Shown here one piece after another: positions 43,839 through 53,923 of a DNA stretch of 64,000 bases. The stretch comes from Monocercomonoides exilis PA203 (lineage: Eukaryota > Protista > Preaxostyla), in NCBI GenBank assembly GCA_001643675.2, contig LSRY02000002.1:930001-994000 (forward strand). The letters are read 5' to 3'. Every line of letters starts with the position of its first letter. The stretch's first letter is position 1. The translations under genes were made by a program, and so were the position numbers. Below the pieces are notes generated by a model. It was given only the letters and a program-made list of their open reading frames with translations, was not told the origin of the DNA and did not search any database.

Positions 43839-46800
43839 CTTCCATTTCTTCTTCTTCCTCTTCTTCTTCTCATTTTTCGCATCACCACTTCTTTTCTGAA
43901 GATATTCCATTTATTGTCTCCCAACCAATTCGCTTCGTGTTCGACATTCCACTCACAAACATTTCACACATCGATGTGCAATCACCTTTTGTGTCTCAAA
44001 CATCAGCTTCCTTTTCGACAATAACTTCTTCTTCTTCTTTCTCTTCTTCGGATTCATCAAATAGAAGCAACAGAACAGGGAAAAACGCTAAAAAGCAGAT
44101 TTCAGAGAAAGACAAAGCGTTTTTCGGAGACGATTTTGATGCCATGGAAGAAGAAAATGAAGAAGAAAATGAAAGTGAAGAAGACGATGACGATAAAGGA
44201 GATGACAATGAAGATGATGATTCATTCAGAACATCAGACGAATCAGACATAGAATCCCTGATAAGAAGGAAAGAACGTAAACAAAAATCAAACAATTCAC
44301 ATTCAAATAAAAATGGCTCAGATGAAGTCACCCAGTGCACATGCTGTGTGAGTGCTGATGCGCTGCTTGGCGGAGAAGGAGGCGAAACAGACGAGGCAGG
44401 CAATCCTTCGTGGATGGGCTCTGCTGTCCCCATCCCTCAATCTTTGTTTGCTTCCCAGGCAAATGCACAGAAAGATTCATCAGCACAAGCTTCTTCCTCT
44501 TCCTCTTCTCCTTCTTCATTTTCCTCAAATCAATCAAATTCACCTCACAACACTTCAACACAACATCATTTACACCACAAACACTCTCATTCACATGCAC
44601 ATTCACACAATTCATCATCATCTTCTTCTTCTTCTTCTTCTGCCAAATCTTCATTCATCGAAGACTCTCTGATTGTTATCGACTTCGGGCAGCGCTTCCC
44701 GCCTCGCACTTTGTTTCGGATGGACCCTCCTCTTCCACAGGTTGTTGAAGCATACGACACAGCTATTGATTCTGTCTGCTCTGCTCTCGAAACACTGCCT
44801 CCTCAGTTGCTCAATACAATCAATGTAAGTTCACCTTCTTCTTCTTCTTCTGCTGCTGCTGCAACTATCAATCTCCTCCCACTCAAAGAACGCCAAGCGC
44901 TACTCAAACAAAGAGTCGAAGCCGAGCTGAATCTCCTCTCGACCTTCTTTTCTCTTTCTGCTTCTTCTCTCCGTTTCCACCGGATTGTAGTCACTTGCAA
45001 CAACAAAGGCGCCTTGAGGACGTTGATGCGCTGTGTATATTCACACCCTCGTCTTTATCACTGTCTCTTCCACTCTTCATTTGGTGACTTGATGCCAATT
45101 ATCTCGAACAAGCTTTCAACACTGGCGCAGGAAATAACGAAGCGGATGAAGTTTGAGAAGGAGAAGGAGAAAGGGAAAGAAAGAGAAAGAGAAAGAGAAA
45201 GGCAAAAGGAGAAGGAGAAGGAAAAGGCTTTTCCAATGTTCAAGAAAAAATCTGGTTCTTCTTCATCATCATCCTCTCAACAGTCTCTTTTGCCCAAAAT
45301 CTCCGAAGTGACAACAGTTTGCCAGCGAATCCAAGCAACTTTCGCGGCAGGCACTTCTTCTTCTTCTACCTCATCCTCTTCTCTTTCTCCATTCAACGTC
45401 TTTCTGTGTGCGAACTGCTCCTTCTCTTCTGCCTCTGCTGCTGAATTTGAAGAGCATTTGAGCTCTTCTTCATCAACACTCGAGCCAGGGCAGATTCCTG
45501 CTGAGCCACTTCCACCAGCCATGGGAAATCCAATACACACCTCTTCATTCGAACAAGATCGCTCTATTTTGAGTCAAATGGCGGGGTTATCGAGATTGAC
45601 ACATCCAGAATTTACTACTACTTCTTCTTCTTCGGGTTCTAATGATACTTCGATTTCTCCTTCTTCTTCTTCCTTCTCTCTCTCCTCTTTCCCTTCCTCT
45701 CACCAATGCACACTCCGCTCTTCTGGCTGGACAAAAGGCAAAGACTCAAGCTACGTCTTTCCTTCTATCCCGATTCTTTCATCAACCACAAAGCAGATCT
45801 CTCTCAATACTCTTTCTCTCCTCTCCAATCTGCGCTCACCGGATTTCGATGCCTCTGAGCTGCCTTCATACAACACATCCATCACAACTTCTGCTTCTGT
45901 CTCTTTGGGAAACCCTGCATCTTTGCTGTCTTCTTCTGTTTTGTGCCATTCTGCACCTGTTTTGACTGGTGTGGCGTCTTCGTTTGACCCAAACATAACA
46001 GCTGCTTCGTTGTTTACTCCTTCGGATCAGTCTTCTTCATTGACATCTTCTTCTTCTTCTTCTTCTTCTCTTTCTTTCCCCTCTTTTTCTTCTTTCCCAC
46101 AACGTTTTATTTCCTCCTCCTTTTATTTCCATCCATCGCCTCTTGTTCGTTCTCGTCGTCCTTTTCCTTCTTTGTTTCCTGCTTCGATTGTTGAAATACA
46201 ATGGCTCTCTCCATTCACACAGCTGCTTCTCAGAGGCGAATGGGAAAAGGCCTTTGGCATTGTTCCTGTTGAAAGCAAGATATCCAAAAGAGAAGGAGGT
46301 AAAACCAAAAACGAGAAAAAAGGAGACGATTTTGCATTTGATGCAGATGAACGTGCTGGTTTTGATTGGATGAAGGAAATGTGGGAGAGCTCTGTACTTC
46401 GTCTTGTTCGTCTGCAAAATGCTTTATCTTCGCCAAAGCCAAGAAAAGACAAAGAAGAAGACATTTTCGAAGGAGAAGGAGAATTCAAAGCAGGAGAAGA
46501 AGGAAACATCCAAATGACTGTGAAAACTCCTTTCACATTCCCAAGAGAAGTTTTGCTTCATCCTTCGCTTTATCCAACAGCACCTCCAATCCGCATAGCA
46601 CGCACAACCACATCAAGTTTCAACTCACCACTTCACTTACGCACAATCTCTTCATTGCACCGCACTTCATCAGACACATTTGCCCCAATCCTTCCATCTG
46701 TGCCTCGTCTGCTCCCTGCTCCTCTTCCACTTCACCCAATCAACATCCCTTCGACTTCGCATTTTCTGAACCCATCTTCCTGTCTAACCAGATCAACCAC

Positions 46801-49800
46801 ACTCACAATACCTTCTGTGTCTGCGTCTGGTGCAGTCACCGAAATTGCTGCTCCGCCTAATCACATCTGCTTCGATTCTGTTCCACTCGATTTCTCTGCC
46901 ACTCTTCCGCAGACCTCTTCTTATCTTTATCATTTAACTGATTCTACTTCCACTTCACATCAAAGCACTTCTTTTAATCCTCGCAATCCACTTTCATCTC
47001 CAACTTTCCCTTTCCCATCGCAGCCACCTCCTCTTTCGCTTGTCCCACCTCAAGTCTCTTCCCTCATTCCCCGCCTTCCAATCATCCCTCTTCCCCTCTC
47101 AGACATCCGCATCGGAAACTGGATCGCCTCCTCTTCTTATCCCAACGGCTCCTCAAACAGTGTGACAAGTGATGCTGAACTGTCCCTTGTCATCTACCCG
47201 AGAAAAGGAAGATTTACATACAGAGTCAAAACAAAACGGCCTCCTCATTCAGCATACGTCAACTGCATTGACGTGCCCTTCCGCTCGATTGTGCACGCAT
47301 CGGTTTCTCTGCCTTCATCTCTAACAGGCAACGGTTCATCAATTTACTCGCAGTCTGTATCGTCTACGCCTTCGACGGCTGCACTTACAGAGAGAATGCG
47401 CATAGCAGATGGCAGGTGTGTCCTGTGTTTGGTGCTTGGGTCTCCTCCGAAGTTCAGATTGGGCATCAATTCGGGGCAGAAGGAGGCGTTTTTGAGCCAG
47501 CCGGATTTCACACAGAACGACCAGGCGTCGATTGTGATGAAACATTATCTGCACTTCCCGTCAGAAAAGGAGTTGGATGTTGTATTGAAGGTTTGATCTC
47601 TTTTGTTGTAATAATCGTCTCTTTAAATTTTTGAACAAAAATCCTTTTTTTTAAAAAAAAAAATCTATTGTTATTCATTTATTTATCACACAATTTCATT
47701 TATTCATTTGCTATATTTTTTTACAGACACTTGAGCATCACTCTGGATTCTACTCACTATTTGTACGATCGAACTATTCAAAGCTGATACAAGCTGTTCC
47801 AAACCTTCTTTCCAGCGGAGGTGCATCTGAAGCGCGCAGCAACCCTCTCATCACTGTCGATGCCTATTGCAATCTACGGCCTGATTTGTGGCTGATGGAT
47901 GTTGTGGCTACTGGAGTCAGTGGAGAAACAAGGCGAAACGAGAGGGTGTGCGTTGTGGAAGGAAAAGAATGGGGTGGAGGAGAAGAAAGGAATAAGATGA
48001 GAGTTAGAAGAATCAGAAAAATGTTAATGAGAAAAAAAGAAAAACTGGAAAAAAGAAGAATGAGGCAACAATCAGCTGTTAAAGCGAATAAAGCAGAAAA
48101 TTTATCATCTGCTCTATCAAATCTTAATGAATTGTCTTTAGAATCTGACCACGTTTGCAAGTCACGTCACTCAAATTCAAAAAAATCCAAAGAAAGTGAA
48201 TTTACCTGTGATGATTCGCTTTTTGATAGTGATTGTGTGTTCAATGAAGAAGCAGAAGACGATGATGAACTTGTTTTTGGTGCAATTGATGAAGACGAAT
48301 TGAGTGGTGCATCTGAAATTGATTCTAACGACAGTCAAAATCAATCAATCCAAACTGTTCAAGAAAGCATTCTTGCACATGAACATTCTTTAGCACGAAC
48401 CAACAAGCGCAATTTTTCATTTGCTTCTCTTCGTAATCTGCTTCGCGTCTCGCCAAACACTCCAATTCTTCCCCCAGCTTCTGTCACTGTGTACGAGATG
48501 ACATATTTCTTCTACTTTACCATTGTTCCTCCTTCAGCCTCTCTGTCCACCCTTCTTGCACCGCTGCTTGTAATCCCTCCACACCATCCCCAGTCACACT
48601 TCTTCCCTGTTGGCCCATTCTCAATGATTGCTCAAGGAAATCAGCTTGGCCCGCAGCTGTGGCGGCTCACCACTCTGCCGTCTGCAGTGCACTTCTTCCC
48701 GGATGTGCAGGGCGATTCGCAGCTTTGCCAAAGAACTGCGTATCGCGCAGAGAAGACAGACATTCCAAAGCTGCAGATGATGAGGGCTGTGGAAGATATG
48801 ATGAGAGATAGAAGAAAGAAGAGGACGGAAATACGGATGAAGAGAGAAGATTTACTGATGATGCAAAGGATGCAGAAGGGTGTAGATTCATATTTGAAAA
48901 TTTCTATGGGCCTTCATAATACTAATTCCACAACAGCTCTGATAAATTCATCTTTTTTGAATGACATAGAATACAAACTGTTTCACCTTTCCATTTCTCG
49001 AATGAAACTTGGACTGAAGGACAGTCCCCAGGATTTGACCAAAGATAAGGAAGATAAAGAGAAAAAGGCTAAAGATGCGAAGACAGCAACACCTGGCGTT
49101 GCTTTGAATGCGCTGAGCGTCAGGCAGCGTCTGTTGGAGATTGAAGGCGCTGAATCAAATCATTCTTCGAAGACACAAGAAAAGCAACATTCTCCCACAA
49201 GTACAGAATCTTCATCACACAAGCAGAATTCAACTCATCCGCAGACTCCTGTAACAGCAGCAGCACCAAAAACACAGATTGTAATTCCGCCATTTCCTCG
49301 TCCAATTCCTCTTCTTGCACAACAAAACATTCTTCCATATCCAGTTGCAGAATGGAGGCTGAGGAGACATCGCCTTAAGACAATGCTGAAGGCGTTTTTG
49401 ATGAAAACTCAAGAAGAAATTCAAGAAAAAATTGAGAATTACAAAGAAGCAGAAAAGCACAGGTTAGAGAAAATTCGTGTTATGCAGGAAGCAGAGCGCC
49501 TTGCCAAGCAGATTAGTGCACAAGAAAAAGCAAAGGAAGAAAAAGAAAAAGAAGAAAAAGAAATGGAGAAAATTACAAACAAAGCCGAAAGCTCGTTAAA
49601 TGTAGAAATGAAACAAGATGATAAATTGATTCCAACAGTTTTATCTCAAGAGCCAACTTTAATTTCTGATAATTGTCAAGAAAAGCCCCTAGTGAAAATG
49701 TCAAAACTCAAAAGAGAACTGCGACTGATGGCAATAGGCATGAATGACGTGAATGATGACGACTGCCTGATAATCGATCCACCGGAACTGTCTGCTAACC

Positions 49801-51149
49801 CTTCGAAGCGTAAGCGTTCTGATGATGATGATGAATTGAATCGAAAAAAATATGATGATTTCGAAGAGAAAACAGAAAATGCAAAAGGAGGTGCGGTCTC
49901 CAATGAAGAAATTTTGAGGAATCACGAAATTAGTGAATCTGTAAAAGAAAAGGCTGAAATACGAAAATTGAGAAAAAGACTTTTGTCTTTGCCAAGCGAA
50001 AGAGCACTGAAAATGCTTGAAGAAATGACAGAAGAAGAACTTTTCGAGCTGACTGGAATCCCTCCACAAGCCGAATGCTCGAAGCTTTACCATAAAACTG
50101 TTTATTGCTGCTGTGGTTTAATGGAAAAGATGAAGGATCAAAAAAGCGAGAAAAATAGAACTTCTGGAGAAGATGATGTCCATACGATTCATTGCGGAGA
50201 TTTACCACTTCTTGCAGGGTCAGATCAAAATGGTTTGTATTGTTTGTTCAAAATTTTCTTCTTATATGTTTTAACTTGTTTAAAATTATTTCATTTCTCT
50301 TTTTCTGATTATATTTTTAAACCTTGCTGGATTTTATTTATTAATTATGAAAAATTGATTGATTTGTTTAATTTGATATTTATTTCATTTTTCATCTGTC
50401 TTTTTTTTTGAATTCATATATTAATAGATATATTTCATATAACTTGCCCTTGTCTTTTAGCTGGAGAGCCCTGTTCGCCTGGTTGTATTTGTGTTTCATG
50501 CACAAATCCAATTTCTTCTCTTTCTTTTACTGCGCTTTATGATTGTGCAAAGGGTAATCTTCTTTCTCTGTTACGATCGCTTCGCCAAGGAGATTTATCT
50601 CAGTTGATTGCATTAACTTGCGCTAAACATATATCAATTGAAGGTGAACCTTCCAATTCTCAAAGAACAATTGATGCAAACAAACTGCCACACAAAGCAA
50701 GAAGAGGCGAGCTTCTCACATCAGAGTTTGCTTGTCGTTGCAAAGAGCATTCGTTTTTCTCATTTTGTCTGAACATGGGAGTCTCACGACATTTGTTCTG
50801 GCACTGTCCAGTTTGCAATCTTTGCCGTGATGGTGCCTATAAGCATTGCAAACGATGTGAGCAATGCACGAAAGAGCCTGATTTGCCATGTGAACATTGC
50901 ACACATCGTAAAGTTCTTGAAAATTGGAAAATTGTGGTTGCAGAATATGAACAGAAAAAATTTGGAAAAGGAGGAGATCCAAATGCTCCTTTTCCAAGAC
51001 CTGTATTAACAGACAAAGAGAAACTTCAAATTGGAAAGTGGGAAAAAAAAGTACTTTTGAGAGATGTGTGTTGGATTGGAAGAGAAAAGAAAGGAGGAGT
51101 AATGTGGGTTGGGCAAGATTTCGAAATACCTGAGCCTACACCTCAGTAG
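39881..51149 (+). CDS. ~3645-aa putative nuclear regulator: three TRF2/HOY1-type PH-like domains, degenerate C2H2 fingers, C-terminal CXC/CRC-like plus multi-CxxC zinc cluster; join(39881..47590,47727..50232,50428..51149)
   Basis: Introns 47591-47726 and 50233-50427 join three ORFs in frame (10938 nt). Motif IRIGNW..LVIYPRKGRFTY..IDVPFRSI..LVLGSPPKF..DFTQNDQASIVMKHYLHF resembles the plant/fungal TRF2/HOY1 PH-like domain (L.IG.W..DFT.GQAS..R.H.L). Also CPCLLAGEPCSPGCICVSCTNP and WHCPVCNLCRD..HCKRCEQCT..LPCEHC. Confidence 0.8.
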
Positions 51150-52174
51150 TAAAGAGCAATTAACAGTTGATTTGTTTATTTTGTATCTAATTTTTGAAAA
51201 TTATTCAAAAGTGACGGTCATTTTCTTTTGGAAATAGAATCTTTCAAATCAAAACTTTTGAAATTTTTTTGGTATTTATTAAACAAGAATAACTCAAAAT
51301 TGAAATTATATTTCGAATTCGAATTTATAATCTTTAAAGTAAAAATTGATTAGAAAAGTTCAGTTATTCAATTATTCATACCAATTAACGAACAGATGAC
51401 TACGAATAAGGTTAATGGCAAGAAACAATTTATCAGAAAATGGGTAATAATTATTCGAAATCATAGATTTTCTATCAAAACGATCGGTTTTTGAATTCTT
51501 TTGGAAAATTGATTTGTGAACACTGAAAAGTTATTACTCCTTTCAAAAACAATATTTTTATGATAATAATCTCAAACATTGTGATTGCATGCAATTATCA
51601 CGGCTTTTTCTTTCGAACGAATAATTCCTCTTCAAAGAAACAAAACATTTGAAAAATCAACACACTGAAAAATGTTATAATTTCGAAAATAAACTGCCAA
51701 ATGAAAAAACGTTTTAAAATTCATTTCATGTGAAGTCCTTTCCATTTTTAAATATTCCTTATTTATGCAAAATTACTTTTCTTTAATTGAGATTTTTGAA
51801 ACATTTGAAAAATTAATTGGACAAAAAGTCCATTGTGAATTTTCCTCGAGACATAAAACCTGTGTAGATTGTTGACTTTTAACAATAAACAATTTAGGTG
51901 AATGAAGAAAATGATAAAAGAGTTTTATAAAGAGATCACCACTCTGATTATTCAAAATTAGATAATTTTAAATCGAATTTAATATATATTCAAGCAATAT
52001 GATATTTGTCATTTTTCTTTATTTTTTTGTTTTTCTTCACTTTATAATTTGCACTTTAAATACATTTGAACAAATAGTTTTTCTTGAAATCTTTATTCTT
52101 TCAATCTGTAGACTCTGTCAAATAAATGTTTTTTGAATAATGATTAATGAACACTGAAAAGGAAAATACTCAGA

Positions 52175-52537
52175 TGCAAAACCAGCACTTGTGCATAAAC
52201 CCTCACACATGATGTTTTCCTTCGAAAAACTCATCCACATTCAAATATGTGAAAACGTTCAGCATTTCACTGCCATCCGTAACTTTTATTTGTCCAATAT
52301 TTCATATTTCGATTGAAAAATTAAATACAAAAAATTTTGATCAAAAGATCAAATAAGATCAAATAAGATCATATTATTATTTATATTTTCTTTTTTTATC
52401 GAAATGTTAAATATTGGACAAATAAAAGTTAATGGTTGCAATAAAATGCAAAACACTTTCACATATTTGAACGTGGATGAGAATTTGGAAAGAAAATGTC
52501 AAGTGTGCAATTTTTTGCACAAGGGCTGGTTGATGCA
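52175..52537. repeat. Diverged inverted repeat (~155-bp arms, 52175-52331 / 52380-52537) with tandem AAGATCA-type repeats in the loop
   Basis: Complementary blocks: aaccagcacttgtgca/tgcacaagggctggtt, tcatccacattcaaatatgtgaaa/tttcacatatttgaacgtggatga, taacttttatttgtccaatattt/aaatattggacaaataaaagtta, atttcgat/atcgaaat. Confidence 0.9.
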
Positions 52538-53754
52538 CACACCATAACAATAATCAAAGAGATTTTCTTTTTTTTTCTGATCAAATCATTGTCTTTCAAA
52601 ACTGTTGAATATCATTAACGTTTGAATGATATTTTGCTATCAGCTACGAAAACTTTTTTTAAAATTTTTCACCCTGAAAAAATGTTTTGATTTCGATAAT
52701 CTTCACCAACAAGAATTCCAAATTAAATGGAAAGGAAACGAACTACTTGTATAAAGAAATATTTATTTAATATTCAAAACATTTCATTTTATTCAAATGT
52801 GAATCGTTTATTGAACAATCAATGGAAAAATCATTGAAATGAGAAATTCACTAGAAATATTGAATTATTGATTAATTATTTGGAAAGATGGAAAACAAAT
52901 AATAATTATTATATAATTAATTTTTATGAAAAATCGCAAATGTAAAAAAATATGGGCTAAATGAAATTGGACATCATTTGATAATTTTTCGTGAAAAATC
53001 CATCAAACTTCATCGCTCTGCAAATAAGAATAAAAAGACCTATTTGTTTTGATGGCAAACATATTGTGGAGAAATTTGAATAATGTGTTACAAAAAATAA
53101 TCAAACAAGGCTTAATTTTATTTCTCCTTGATATTTAATGTTTGCGACTTTTCAAAAAGAATAACACGCATTGTTGATCCTAATAAGACACATATTTCCT
53201 TTTGAGTTTTGATCTTTTTTTACTAAATGAGAAAAATGACAAATACATTTTTTTATTCCAAGATCAAAGACAGAAAGTGTTTCATTATTTATGAAGTCAT
53301 TTATTTTTTTGGAGAGATGAAAGAAACTTTTATTTCACGTCAACATAACAAACATTTTATTTCCAAAAGTTCAAAATATCTCAATGATTTAAAAATCAAA
53401 ATTTCTGAATTGAAATAAGCTAAAGAACTGTTATTTCAGTGTTATACTTATTTCATTTTCTTTCTTGTCCAATTATTTTGATTTGAAAACAAATTATTCG
53501 ACAGAAAAAAATATGATATCGATAATAATACTCTTGTCTTTTATAGATGTATTTTCTCACACAAATCTTTTTCTTTTTCATATTTTTCTTTTTTCATTTC
53601 CACTAAAAATAAAGCAATTTTTTGGATTGAAAAAAATTTCTAATAAAAACAATGTTTTATTCCATTCAGAATATGGATTTGTCTTTTCGTTGTTGATGAA
53701 TAAACAAAAAATATGAGAAGAAAAAAGTTCCTTGATAACTTGTTTGAGTGGCAC

Positions 53755-53770
53755 CTCCTTTGCAAAGGAG
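53755..53770. repeat. Perfect 16-bp palindrome CTCCTTTGCAAAGGAG, ~150 nt downstream of the receptor B stop
   Basis: The sequence equals its own reverse complement and is GC-richer than its surroundings. Confidence 0.75.
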
Positions 53771-53923
53771 TGTTCTTTCTGTTTTTTTGAAAGTTGCGCA
53801 TAACCAATTACAACACAAAGAAAACAAAGGATGAACAAAATATTCACTCTTTTTCATTTTTCAAAACTCACCAGTATTTGGTTCCTTTTGATCCTTTTTT
53901 GTGCATATTAACAAGCAACTGAC

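Noticed and set aside
51346-53055. Additional short hairpins (51346-51479, 52608-52633, 52927-53055) and a recurring ACACTGAAAA motif
   Set aside because: Short, AT-rich and compatible with chance. Not supportable without a statistical test.
53578-53857. Small ORFs with a hydrophobic start downstream of receptor B; also a possible SECIS/readthrough signal after its TGA
   Set aside because: Short AT-rich ORFs with no motif (the hydrophobic one starts at GTG). No SECIS-like core is apparent, and both paralogues end at comparable positions.
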